Shown piece after piece: positions 10,176-19,930 of a stretch of 64,000 bases of DNA. Numbering within the stretch: the first letter of the stretch is position 1; every line of letters begins with the position of its first letter. Under the pieces are notes generated by a model, which saw only the letters and a list, made by a program, of their open reading frames with translations, was not told the DNA's origin and did no database searches. The position numbers and the translations under genes were made by a program. This DNA is from Acinetobacter phage Ab15: the sequence record PP763259.1; one strand, written 5' to 3'.

Positions 10176-10190
10176 TTGTGAGGTAATATA

Positions 10191-12314
10191 ATGGAAATTG
10201 CTAAGCTGTTTGCCTCTGTCGGCTTCCGAGTTGACACAACAAACCTTGAAAAGTTCGAAAGCAAATTGGGCCAAGTACAGACTAAGTTTGTAGGTTTTAG
10301 CCAAACAATTAGTGCTGTTGGTACACAAGCATCTACAGCAATTGTCCCTGTAAATAACTTACTTAAAGCTTTAGATTTTAAAGGTAAAAGTACAGGTATT
10401 ACCCCTTTAGTTACTGCTTTAGGGAGATTATCTACCACAGTAAATGCAATGAATACTTCTGAGTTCCACTTAAAGATTCAAAAAATTACATTAGCACTAG
10501 AAGAATCTAGACCTAGTATTTGGAAAAGTAAAAATGCTTGGGAAGCATACGCTAAAGCTGTAGCAGAAGCAAGGGCTGCCTTAACAGGAAACTGGGGAAG
10601 AATGCCCCCTAGCCCAAGAACTGCTGCTAGTGGTGCTGCTGGGGTAGCTGGAGGTATGGCTTTAGGGTCAACTATGAGAGGAGGTGGTGGTTATGTATCA
10701 TCACCTCACTACACACCAGCAAGTAGACTTTTAGCACCAATGGTTGGCTCTCACTTAGCTTATTTAGGTTCTGGTGGCGTTATGGCTGGGGTTGGTGCTA
10801 TCTATGCCACTAAAGCCACTCTAGATAGAGCACAAGAGAACGTAACCGCAGAGAACTTTGTAAAGATGGCCTCTAAAGATGATGACGAGTTCAAACAAAA
10901 CCGAGATTGGTTGTGGGAAAGATCACAGTACTATGGTACTGACATCAATGCCAACATGGAAGGTTTTGGTAAAATCTACATGAACACCATTGATTCTCTA
11001 GGAAGAAAAGCTTCTTTAAATGTTATTGAAGACATTATGAAGTATAACACTGCTATGCACACTTCTAGGGAAGCTCAGAAGTTTATTAACAAGTCATTGT
11101 ACCAAATGGCAGGTACAGCCCAAGTAAACGCTCAAGACTATAACCAATGGGAAGAACACGTAGCTGGTGGTAACAAAGTGGCTTCTGCTGCTCTTGATAT
11201 CTTAGCACGACAAGGTAAAATCCAAAAAGATTGGAGAGAATTAGGAACCGCCAAAAAAGCTATTTCCGAATTAAAACTCCAAGGTAAGGATTTAGTACCA
11301 GCCTTGACACAAGCTATGGCTAATGCTTCTGCTAAAGGTCTAGAAACTGGTCGTACTGGTTACCAAGCCCAACAAACAAGATTCCAAAACCAAGTAACAC
11401 AATTTGCTAGGGATCTTGCTGATGGTGGCTTGTTCGATATGGCTAAGAATTTCTTTAAGTTACTATCAACCATTATGGATGTCATGAAGGCAATGATGCC
11501 AATATGGACTGGTTTAGCTAAGGTTATGGGATTCTTCTTTGAGAATTTAGCTTTAGGCATTGAAGCCATTAAGGAATTTTTGAAGTATGGTCTAGATTTT
11601 ATATCATTCTTATATGAAACACGTACTGGTGCTCTTATTGCCAATGCTGGTATTGCTTTACTTCTTATTGGACTTTGGAGATTCTTCAATGGCTTCAAGA
11701 AGTTTATGACTGCTGTTAAATTATTAATGGCTTCAAACCCAATCCTATTAGCATTAATGGCAATCATTACTATTCTAGGTTTCCTATATGGTCAATGGAA
11801 AGCACAACAAGAAGGTTTAGATAACTGGTTAGATGTCTTTACGGATGTTCTAACAATTGCCAAATATTCATTCTTAGAGTTTGTCTACAATGTACAATCA
11901 TACTTCTTTATGATGATTTCGTCAATTGTCTCTAAAGGCATGGAAATCAAAACTTGGTTGTCTGATGTAATTGAAGAAATGAGGGAGATGAGTAAAGTTG
12001 TTGACTTGATTGTTACTGGTTTTGAGAAAGTTGAAGAGTTGAGACAAAGAAACAAAAAGAACCGAGAGGAACTTGATGGAGTATTTGAAAAATATGGAAT
12101 CAACAGAAATAGTTTCTGGTCACCAATGGCTAAACCTATTCAACAACCAACTACACCAAGTCCTTCTAAGAATGCTTTTGGTAATGGCTTAAGTGGCTTT
12201 ACTGGTGCTGACTTCAGAATCAAAACTGAAGGTCAATTCACACTGGTTGACCAAAAAGGAAAACCTCTGGGTAATGCTGAGAATATTAATTCTCAAGTTG
12301 CTTATGGTGTTTAG
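10191..12314 (+). CDS. tail tape measure protein
   Basis: 707 aa, Ala/Gly/Met-rich with hydrophobic transmembrane-like segments (ALIANAGIALLLIGLW, ILLALMAIITILGFLYG). Follows the chaperone pair. Confidence 0.75.
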   Translation: MEIAKLFASVGFRVDTTNLEKFESKLGQVQTKFVGFSQTISAVGTQASTAIVPVNNLLKALDFKGKSTGITPLVTALGRLSTTVNAMNTSEFHLKIQKITLALEESRPSIWKSKNAWEAYAKAVAEARAALTGNWGRMPPSPRTAASGAAGVAGGMALGSTMRGGGGYVSSPHYTPASRLLAPMVGSHLAYLGSGGVMAGVGAIYATKATLDRAQENVTAENFVKMASKDDDEFKQNRDWLWERSQYYGTDINANMEGFGKIYMNTIDSLGRKASLNVIEDIMKYNTAMHTSREAQKFINKSLYQMAGTAQVNAQDYNQWEEHVAGGNKVASAALDILARQGKIQKDWRELGTAKKAISELKLQGKDLVPALTQAMANASAKGLETGRTGYQAQQTRFQNQVTQFARDLADGGLFDMAKNFFKLLSTIMDVMKAMMPIWTGLAKVMGFFFENLALGIEAIKEFLKYGLDFISFLYETRTGALIANAGIALLLIGLWRFFNGFKKFMTAVKLLMASNPILLALMAIITILGFLYGQWKAQQEGLDNWLDVFTDVLTIAKYSFLEFVYNVQSYFFMMISSIVSKGMEIKTWLSDVIEEMREMSKVVDLIVTGFEKVEELRQRNKKNREELDGVFEKYGINRNSFWSPMAKPIQQPTTPSPSKNAFGNGLSGFTGADFRIKTEGQFTLVDQKGKPLGNAENINSQVAYGV

Positions 12315-12351
12315 GTAGCAGAATACAGGAGAATAAAATGAGGGATCATGA

Positions 12352-13245
12352 ATGAGATATCACCTATATTCAATCAACACGGGAGAGGTAATCTCTCTCG
12401 ATGCTACCACAAGCTTTAGTGAAAGCCATAAGGCCAATGTCACAGAGCATCCTGTGGAAATGGGCACACCAATTAGTGACCATGTGTTCTTATCCAACCC
12501 AACACTTAACCTGAAGGGTATCGTGACAGATTATGATGTAGTTAATAGTGAATATATTGACTTGTCAAGCTTCTCGGTATCCTCAATAGTTCAAGATGTA
12601 ATTAGTCTTTTTAAGGACCCTACAGATGTTGATAATATTTCAACACAGGATGACACTAAGTTAGACTTTAGGTCAATTGCTGTTGCAAACGCCTTAAAGA
12701 AAGCTTTCTATGATCGCCATGTTTTCTCTTTGTTTGTTTTAGATGACACAGAAGATGCACCACCTATTGATCACTACAACACAGTGGTAATCGATGGTCT
12801 AACCTTCACTAGAAGTGCTGACAATGGTGGTGAAATGATTGAGGTTGATATTGCACTCAAGCAAATACGATTAGCCAAAATCAGAAGATCTGAAGTGACA
12901 AAAGCCGAGAAGGATGCCTTAGATAAAGCTGTTTCTCAGACAGCTAAATCAAACGCTACTAAAGATAGTACTAGTGGTTCATCTAAGAGTACTAAAGATG
13001 GTAAAGGTACTAAAACAAGTGGTGATGGTGCCTTTTCGGATCCTTCAGATATTAGCAAACAATTTGATGTTGGTGCTAAAGAAGGCGAAGGTGCTGGAAG
13101 TTTAGTTGGTAAGGTTAGATCCAAGACAGCAGCTATGGCTAAACAAAAGATGGTAGATGCAGAAGATGCTAGAAAGTTAGCCGAAAGAAACCGAGCAGGT
13201 ATCTCTGAAGGTAAAACTTACGGAACTACTTATGGTGGTAGATAA
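12352..13245 (+). CDS. tail protein following tape measure (distal tail / XkdP-position), Ser/Thr/Lys-rich C-terminus
   Basis: 297-aa ORF by position. C-terminal low-complexity KDSTSGSSKSTKDGKGTKTSGDG. Confidence 0.35.
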   Translation: MRYHLYSINTGEVISLDATTSFSESHKANVTEHPVEMGTPISDHVFLSNPTLNLKGIVTDYDVVNSEYIDLSSFSVSSIVQDVISLFKDPTDVDNISTQDDTKLDFRSIAVANALKKAFYDRHVFSLFVLDDTEDAPPIDHYNTVVIDGLTFTRSADNGGEMIEVDIALKQIRLAKIRRSEVTKAEKDALDKAVSQTAKSNATKDSTSGSSKSTKDGKGTKTSGDGAFSDPSDISKQFDVGAKEGEGAGSLVGKVRSKTAAMAKQKMVDAEDARKLAERNRAGISEGKTYGTTYGGR

Positions 13246-13259
13246 TTTAAGGAGTATGT

Positions 13260-13607
13260 ATGGAGCAATTAAAATATTATGGTTGTAGGGTAGCACTTTA
13301 TAACGATAAAAATTACACATGCTTTATCAAGCTCTCGGATTTTACCTACCACTTAGCCTTTAGGTACAACACCTTTGCTGGTGCATATATGTTAACTGTA
13401 TATGATGCCAATGGTAATACTCTAATATCAAACAAAATGGTCAAACCTGACAGGATGTTTGATATTAGACCTAGAGAGAATTCTGTAGAATCTTTGAACT
13501 TGGTATTTAACAAAATATTCCCAAATGCTGATGTAAATTATGACAAATGGGATGACAACATGATGTGCACAGCCTATCTTACACGATGGGAGAATGTAGA
13601 GCAATAG
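13260..13607 (+). CDS. hypothetical tail protein
   Basis: 115-aa ORF. Confidence 0.3.
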   Translation: MEQLKYYGCRVALYNDKNYTCFIKLSDFTYHLAFRYNTFAGAYMLTVYDANGNTLISNKMVKPDRMFDIRPRENSVESLNLVFNKIFPNADVNYDKWDDNMMCTAYLTRWENVEQ

Positions 13608-13620
13608 GAAAGGAGGGTTT

Positions 13621-14817
13621 ATGTCTGAATATTTATGGGACAGGAAGATCAGGGTTACAGTTTACAAACAAGGCTTGACAACTGATGAAATCACCCAAAT
13701 CCTTGCAAGCACAGATGATGGTCTTGAAGAGGGTTTCGATAGAAGCCCAACTCAGACAGGTATTTTAAAGTTTGAAATTGATCAAGAGTTACCTATTGAG
13801 TTTGAGATTACAAAAACTCTAGACAATAGTGGAAAGAATAACTCTGCAAGTTTAAGAATATACAATATTAGTGAAGATACTGCAAAAACTATGGGCCACC
13901 AAATGCTCACAGTTAAAATTGAAGTAGCTTATAGAGGTATGCCTCTTACACCAATCTTCCTAGGGGATGTTATTAGTGCATCCTACAAGAGAGGTAAAGA
14001 AGGAAACTATGCTGACTTTGAGATGAGTCAATCATACCTAATACAAAATACAGGAATTAAATTCTCTGCTACATTCCCTGCTGGGATGACCTATGCGGAA
14101 GCTGTGTTTTTTGTTTTAGATTTTTATAGTTTTGCTGGTGAGTTTTACTCTGCCAAAGAAGATGAAATTGCCATGTTCCAAAAGCCATTACCTTATGGTT
14201 TAAGCTTAGAGGGAAACATGGCTGAATGTTTAGCAAAGCTTTTAAAGCCTATAGGTATGAATTGGCACATTACTCAAGCTAACACTATTCAAATTTTTAC
14301 TGATAGGGTTTTTGAGGAAGGTGGTACTAGTGGAACAATCTCAAAACAAGGTCTAGTTCCAAATAAAACACAATCAAGTGATGTTACAACAAGCACTGGT
14401 TTAACAATATACTCATTCGATGCTGATAGTGGTTTGATTGAAAAACCATACCTAAAAACTGAGACAGTTACGAAAAGAATGGGTGAGGTAGCCAATAATG
14501 AAACATTCATTGCAGTAAAACCTACAAAGTCAAAAGCTAAATCTACAAGTGAAGCAGTTGGTACAAATAAAAAGAAAACCAAAAAAGCTGTAAAGACACC
14601 AAACAAACCGAAGATCACTGTAGCTCGACAAGTTGTTGAGTTTAAAACCTTACTATTACCTCAGATAGAACCAAAAACGGTTGTTGATATTGTTTCCAAA
14701 ACACAGGAAAACATTAGTGGTCGTTACGGAATTTTAGAGGTTAAATATACAGGTGCCAGCTATGATGATAAATGGTACTGTGAATGCATCGGAGTTGCAA
14801 CCAGTAAGATAGATTAA
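13621..14817 (+). CDS. baseplate hub-like protein (XkdQ position)
   Basis: 398-aa ORF between the tape measure and baseplate genes. Lys-rich linker KSKAKSTSEAVGTNKKKTKKAVKTPNKPK. Confidence 0.35.
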   Translation: MSEYLWDRKIRVTVYKQGLTTDEITQILASTDDGLEEGFDRSPTQTGILKFEIDQELPIEFEITKTLDNSGKNNSASLRIYNISEDTAKTMGHQMLTVKIEVAYRGMPLTPIFLGDVISASYKRGKEGNYADFEMSQSYLIQNTGIKFSATFPAGMTYAEAVFFVLDFYSFAGEFYSAKEDEIAMFQKPLPYGLSLEGNMAECLAKLLKPIGMNWHITQANTIQIFTDRVFEEGGTSGTISKQGLVPNKTQSSDVTTSTGLTIYSFDADSGLIEKPYLKTETVTKRMGEVANNETFIAVKPTKSKAKSTSEAVGTNKKKTKKAVKTPNKPKITVARQVVEFKTLLLPQIEPKTVVDIVSKTQENISGRYGILEVKYTGASYDDKWYCECIGVATSKID

Positions 14818-14821
14818 AGGA

Positions 14822-15571
14822 GTGAACATGAACACAGATTTTATCACAGCACTAAAGAAAGGTGCACAAACCCAGACTGAGAACAGGTACTATTGTTTAC
14901 CAGCCGAGGTTGTTGGTGTTGCCAATCTTGATAAGGGTGTAATTGATGTAAAACCAATTATTGAACGAGTGTATGATGATGGATCTGTAAATGAAGTTCC
15001 TACCATATTATCTGTGCCAATAGCACACCCACACACAAGAAATAGTGCCATAATGTTACCAGTAAATCAAGGTGACAGTGTACTTTTAGTTTTCTCTCAG
15101 AGGGATATTTCTGCATTTAAAGGTGGAGCAAGAAGTTCTCATGAACCAGAAACAAGAAGAGTTCATGATTTAAATGATGCCTTTGCCATTCTTGGAATTA
15201 GTCCCCTAGAGGAAAGCCCTTATGCATCACAGCAGCATTCCTTGCCACACTCCACAAGTGATGTTGTTGTGGTGCATAATTTAGGTTCTTCAAATGAAAA
15301 TGAAGTAAGACTAAAACGCAATGGAGACATTGAGTTAACTACACCAAATAATTTCGTAGTTAATGCAAAAACAGCACAATTTAATGTTGACAAATTGATA
15401 AATACGGGTGATAATATTGTAGAGGGAGACTCTACTGTAAATAGCAACCAGACAGTTAATGGAATGACTAATCTTGTTGGTGGTGGTGTTGCCAAGGGAA
15501 TCTCTCTAGAACAACATAGACACCATTACACCGATGATGGTAACGATATGATTACAGACCCTCCACAATAG
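14822..15571 (+). CDS. baseplate spike / gpV-like protein
   Basis: 249 aa, N-terminal OB-like region (CLPAEVVGVANLDKGVIDVKPI) reminiscent of P2 gpV and Mu gp45-type spikes. Call by position. Confidence 0.35.
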   Translation: MNMNTDFITALKKGAQTQTENRYYCLPAEVVGVANLDKGVIDVKPIIERVYDDGSVNEVPTILSVPIAHPHTRNSAIMLPVNQGDSVLLVFSQRDISAFKGGARSSHEPETRRVHDLNDAFAILGISPLEESPYASQQHSLPHSTSDVVVVHNLGSSNENEVRLKRNGDIELTTPNNFVVNAKTAQFNVDKLINTGDNIVEGDSTVNSNQTVNGMTNLVGGGVAKGISLEQHRHHYTDDGNDMITDPPQ

Positions 15572-15591
15572 TGAGGGTTTATTTTTAAGGG

Positions 15592-16008
15592 GTGTATATG
15601 GACATACTATTAGTAAATGGGAAGGTTTCCATTACAGGAAATCAACTCCATCCAACAACAGACCTTGCCAGTAAAGTTTCCCAAAGAATCTACGTAAGAC
15701 TTAAAAGCAACAAAGGTTACTGGTTTCTTGACACTACCTTTGGGGTTGCTTGGCTTGATGAAATCTTTGGAAAAAGAAGAACTAAAGCTGCAATCGATAC
15801 TCGACTTCAACAAGAAATCTTGAAAGACACTTATATTGAAAGAATTAGTTCTTGGTCATCTAACATTGATGGCCGTTCCTATAGTTGTCAATTTACCATA
15901 CAGGTTATAAGAAGTCAAGATGAGGATAACACAATTACCATGAGGTTAGTTGGTAACGAATCTGGTCTTATCCTTCAAGATAGTCTAGGTAATGTATATG
16001 AAATATAG
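15592..16008 (+). CDS. baseplate wedge protein, gp25/GPW-like (XkdS/DUF2634-like)
   Basis: 138 aa directly upstream of the J-like gene. Size and order match the PBSX xkdS-xkdT-xkdU cassette. Confidence 0.45.
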   Translation: MYMDILLVNGKVSITGNQLHPTTDLASKVSQRIYVRLKSNKGYWFLDTTFGVAWLDEIFGKRRTKAAIDTRLQQEILKDTYIERISSWSSNIDGRSYSCQFTIQVIRSQDEDNTITMRLVGNESGLILQDSLGNVYEI

Positions 16009-16017
16009 GAGGCTTAA

Positions 16018-17481
16018 ATGGCTAGAACTGTAAATGGAGTTTTACAAAGAGATTCTTTATCAGATATTAGAACAAAGCTAAGAACCAAAGCTGTTGAGAT
16101 TTTCCAAGAAGTTACACCTTATGGTCAATCAGTTGATACAGACCCAGCTTCTATTTTAGGTAGGTGGATTGATATTAATGCTGAAGCAAAATACGACCTT
16201 GAAGAAATAACTGAGTATCTTATTAATATGGCTGACTTAGACACAGCCGAAGGTAACAAACTTGAAGACATTACCAGTTTAGGTGGTATTGATAGACTAC
16301 AGTCAACAGCTTCTCAGGTTTTACTTGTTGTTGTAGCTAAACCATATACAGTTATCCCAGCAGGTTCATTCATTAAGAGTGCTTACACTAACGACACTTT
16401 CTCAACCGACTATGAAATTCAAATCCAATCGACACAAGGAGAAGGCGGTGTTTTTGGTTATGACCTCAATGTTGCTGACTCTAGTGATCCAAACTTTAAC
16501 TACGTCTTCACATGGCAACGAGATTCATCTCCGAGCACAAACATTAATGTTAATGTACAACGTGGCACTGGTTCTTTTGACTCTTTTCTACAACTACTTG
16601 TAGATACAATCAATCAAACAACCAATGATGTATTTGCTGAGATATCTTCAGATGGATACCTTAAGATCACTACAACAGATTACAATGAGACAATATCATT
16701 AAGATTAACAGCGAGTCAAGTTGTTAATGTTTACCAAGGTGTTGAAGCAACCTGTACTAACTTAGGTGCTGTATCGGCTGATGCTGGTACTTTAACTTCA
16801 ATTCAAAGTCCTGTTAATGGTTGGTTATCAGTTAATAACCCTTTTGATGCTTCGATTGGTTCAGAAATTCAAACCGATGAAGAATTGAGAGATTACTACA
16901 AAGCAGCTAAAAACTTTGGTGGGTCAAGTACTTTGAATGCTCTTCAAGCTTCCTTGTACAGAGTCTCAGGAGTTAAATACGTCTATATCAGTGAGAATAC
17001 ATCTAACATTACCACAACAATGCCATCACACTCATTCAGTGCTGTAGTCCTTGGTGGAAGGAGAGATGATATCGCACAGGTTATCTTCGAAAATAAACCT
17101 CTTGGTATTAACTCTTTTGGTTCTTCTGAAGGTAATGCTGTTGATATCAACGGAAACAACTACACTGTTAATTTTAGTCGCCCTGAGTTTGTTCCTATTG
17201 CTATCAGAATTAGTCTTACACAACAAGCTGGTTTCGAAAATAGTAACTACGATCAAATTAGACAGAATATTATCAACTATCTAAACAGTATGCAATATGG
17301 TGGAGGGGTTGTTTCAATATCAAGACTTTATACACCAATTAATGCGGTGCCAAACCACTATATTAATAGTTTGGAAATTGGTCGAATAGTGAATGGTGTA
17401 CCTGAATATGGAACATCAAACATTACCCTTCAGTATAATGAGATACCAACAATCAATCCAGAAAACATCCAATTCTACTAG
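16018..17481 (+). CDS. baseplate J-like protein (XkdT-like)
   Basis: 487 aa in canonical position between gp25-like and XkdU-like genes. Confidence 0.5.
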   Translation: MARTVNGVLQRDSLSDIRTKLRTKAVEIFQEVTPYGQSVDTDPASILGRWIDINAEAKYDLEEITEYLINMADLDTAEGNKLEDITSLGGIDRLQSTASQVLLVVVAKPYTVIPAGSFIKSAYTNDTFSTDYEIQIQSTQGEGGVFGYDLNVADSSDPNFNYVFTWQRDSSPSTNINVNVQRGTGSFDSFLQLLVDTINQTTNDVFAEISSDGYLKITTTDYNETISLRLTASQVVNVYQGVEATCTNLGAVSADAGTLTSIQSPVNGWLSVNNPFDASIGSEIQTDEELRDYYKAAKNFGGSSTLNALQASLYRVSGVKYVYISENTSNITTTMPSHSFSAVVLGGRRDDIAQVIFENKPLGINSFGSSEGNAVDINGNNYTVNFSRPEFVPIAIRISLTQQAGFENSNYDQIRQNIINYLNSMQYGGGVVSISRLYTPINAVPNHYINSLEIGRIVNGVPEYGTSNITLQYNEIPTINPENIQFY

Positions 17482-17489
17482 GAGGTTAT

Positions 17490-18116
17490 ATGATAGATCA
17501 TAGCTTCACAGAAAAAGCTCGATCAAGATATACAGGAACCTTTAAGGGTGATGGTGTTTTTGATTGTGCAGTTAGAACTGGTATTGCATATGAACAAGAT
17601 TGCTTAGATCAGTTTGATGACTTTGTTGATAAGCTTTTTAACATTGACAAATCTTCTGGTTTGATGTTAGACCTTATAGGGAAAATTGTAGGTCAGGATA
17701 GGGTTTTAATTTCTTACACTGACCAAAATAATTTTGGTTTCTTAGGTCACCCCTTGGCAGAATCCTTTGGTACAAAAGCAAATCCAAATATTGGTGGTTA
17801 TTGGAAGAGTTCTTCGTCTTCCAGCACTATTTATAGGAAGATGGCTGATGATACTTACAGGACTGTCTTGAAGGCAAGAATTGCATCAAATATCTCTAGA
17901 GGAACTATCAATGACTTCCTCAGAGTTATAAATATTCTTACTGGTCACACTAGATCTCAAATTATTGAGGGTCCTGAAAGCGGTAGTGTCACTTTGGTAA
18001 TCCCTTCGGGTAATGCAACATTAGTTCAATATTATTATACACGTATAGGACAATCAGATCAAATTCTGCCAATTCCTGTAGGTGTTAGTTTAAAAGTTAT
18101 TATTGTAGAGGAATAA
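17490..18116 (+). CDS. XkdU-like tail protein (DUF2313-type)
   Basis: 208 aa by position after the J-like gene. Confidence 0.4.
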   Translation: MIDHSFTEKARSRYTGTFKGDGVFDCAVRTGIAYEQDCLDQFDDFVDKLFNIDKSSGLMLDLIGKIVGQDRVLISYTDQNNFGFLGHPLAESFGTKANPNIGGYWKSSSSSSTIYRKMADDTYRTVLKARIASNISRGTINDFLRVINILTGHTRSQIIEGPESGSVTLVIPSGNATLVQYYYTRIGQSDQILPIPVGVSLKVIIVEE

Positions 18117-18117
18117 A

Positions 18118-19182
18118 ATGGCAAGAATGAACAAGCCCAACGACTACAATGTTATTTGGGCACAATCAGGTGGTAAATCTGATATTACAGCTAAGATTCC
18201 TGAAGGTTGGGTTGTTGAGATTCCTGACTTTGAAGATATGAACGCCCTTCAGTACAGACAAGATAGAGCCATTGCTTATCTTCTACAAGTTGGCGTTCCT
18301 GAGTGGGATTCTAGCAGTGTTTACTATGTAAGTCAGATTGCAAACAGAAGCGGTGTATTGTACAGAGCTATCCAAGAAAACCAAGGAAGAGACCCTTCGA
18401 CCTCAGTTGCTAATGGTTATTGGGAAAAATTATCACCTTCTTATGCTGAGTTCACAACACTTCAAAATAGGATAAACTCAACAGACCCATTCTCACAGTA
18501 TATTCTTAAAACTCAACCAGTAGTTTCTGTCACTATGGGTGCTACTGGTTATCGGTCCAATATTGAGCCAACTACAGGTATGTTCTTTAATGGTACTGAA
18601 ATGGAGTTTAGAAAGTCAGGTACAACTACAGCAGTTATCCCTCCACAAACCTTAAGTATTGAAGACAACAGTAAAAACCTAGCAACTACAGCTTGGGTAA
18701 AATCGTTGATTGCTGATGAGATTGCTAAAGTTACTACTAAGTTCCAAGTTGGGATTGGTGAATCAATTATCAGTAACAACCCTCAAAATCCAGCTACAAC
18801 CAAAGGTTATGGTGTTTGGGCTTTAGATTGCCAAGGTAGAACAATTGTAGGTGTTTCTCAAAACACACCAGACCCTACTTGGACTAAAACTGTGAATAGT
18901 TTATTTGGTGCTTATACACATACGTTAAGTACCGCAGAAATGCCTAAACATAAACACAGAGGGGCTGGTTCACCAGATGGTAGTGGCACTAGCGTTGTTG
19001 GTTGGGATTCTAGCACAAAGGTTATCGACCCTACAATGGCACTTGTGATGAAGTCAGATTACGGTACCTTACAAGATAACTACACTATTTACCCTCTAGA
19101 TTGGGGTGAAGAGGGTGGTAGCCAACCTCACAATAACGTTCAACCATCACAAACAAAGTATATCTGGACAAGAATTGCTTAA
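18118..19182 (+). CDS. tail fiber protein with phage tail-collar domain
   Basis: C-terminal ...AYTHTLSTAEMPKHKHRGAGSPDGSG... matches the tail-collar (T4 gp12-type) HxH motif. ATGA coupling to the upstream gene. Confidence 0.55.
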   Translation: MARMNKPNDYNVIWAQSGGKSDITAKIPEGWVVEIPDFEDMNALQYRQDRAIAYLLQVGVPEWDSSSVYYVSQIANRSGVLYRAIQENQGRDPSTSVANGYWEKLSPSYAEFTTLQNRINSTDPFSQYILKTQPVVSVTMGATGYRSNIEPTTGMFFNGTEMEFRKSGTTTAVIPPQTLSIEDNSKNLATTAWVKSLIADEIAKVTTKFQVGIGESIISNNPQNPATTKGYGVWALDCQGRTIVGVSQNTPDPTWTKTVNSLFGAYTHTLSTAEMPKHKHRGAGSPDGSGTSVVGWDSSTKVIDPTMALVMKSDYGTLQDNYTIYPLDWGEEGGSQPHNNVQPSQTKYIWTRIA

Positions 19183-19197
19183 TTAGGAGTAGGAGCG

Positions 19198-19581
19198 ATG
19201 GAGATATTTTCAATTAGTACAGCCATTGCCTTCATCAAACCTATAATTCCAAATATCATCGGTGGTGCTTTATCTATTAAGGATGAGATAACAAGTGGTG
19301 CTAAAGAACAATCTTTTAAGAAATACTTTGTTCTTTTCACTATGTTTATCTTGGCAGTATCTTTTGGGTACTACCTTGGTGGCTTTATTATTGAGTATTT
19401 GAAGATAGAGAAATGGAGTGGTGACTTGCCCACATTCTCTTATGCAATGATCATGATATTAGCTACAGCATCGAGTCTAAGGTTTATTAAGAAATTCACA
19501 AGCCGTATCGAAGAAATATTGGATTTAATCTTTGATGGTTTTATCGGCTTGATCAAAACCATATTTAAGATGGATAAGTGA
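19198..19581 (+). CDS. membrane protein (holin candidate)
   Basis: 127 aa with 3 predicted hydrophobic helices. Confidence 0.3.
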   Translation: MEIFSISTAIAFIKPIIPNIIGGALSIKDEITSGAKEQSFKKYFVLFTMFILAVSFGYYLGGFIIEYLKIEKWSGDLPTFSYAMIMILATASSLRFIKKFTSRIEEILDLIFDGFIGLIKTIFKMDK

Positions 19582-19602
19582 TAGCCATGAAGGAGTTATC
19601 GA

Positions 19603-19929
19603 ATGAATAACATTATCGACAGTATTACTGCATCTTTTGTTGGAATAGCTTTGTTGCTAACCCCAACAGTTGTATTCCAAGGGGTGATGGTTGCACTTGT
19701 CGCCTTTTTCATTTGGATTGAGTATTTCTCAAAGAAATTTGATAAGAATGGTTTTATGTATGTGATGTTCACATTTATAGGAATGTCAGCATCCATACTC
19801 TATTACTATGCCCCTAGTATTCAGACCGATTTTGGTTGGACTATAGCGTTAATTACATTTAGTTTATACACAATATACTTCTTAAAGTATATCTGGAGAA
19901 TGAGAAAAGATAATCGCACAGGAGATTAG
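19603..19929 (+). CDS. membrane protein (holin candidate)
   Basis: 108 aa with 3 hydrophobic helices and a charged C-terminus (RMRKDNRTGD). Confidence 0.3.
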   Translation: MNNIIDSITASFVGIALLLTPTVVFQGVMVALVAFFIWIEYFSKKFDKNGFMYVMFTFIGMSASILYYYAPSIQTDFGWTIALITFSLYTIYFLKYIWRMRKDNRTGD

Positions 19930-19930
19930 A

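Noticed and set aside
11360-11767. 135-aa minus-strand ORF (and other antisense ORFs 317..514, 700..1014, 2326..2544, 5231..5440, 9189..9398, 14289..14618, 15220..15495, 20023..20235, 20854..21099, 26792..27100, 33389..33670, 40788..41210, 61565..61888, 62596..62896, 63302..63793)
   Set aside because: All are wholly contained within longer, well-supported ORFs on the opposite strand. They lack RBSs and have biased composition (for example the poly-Pro/Ala/Val mirror of the collagen repeat), so they are frame shadows
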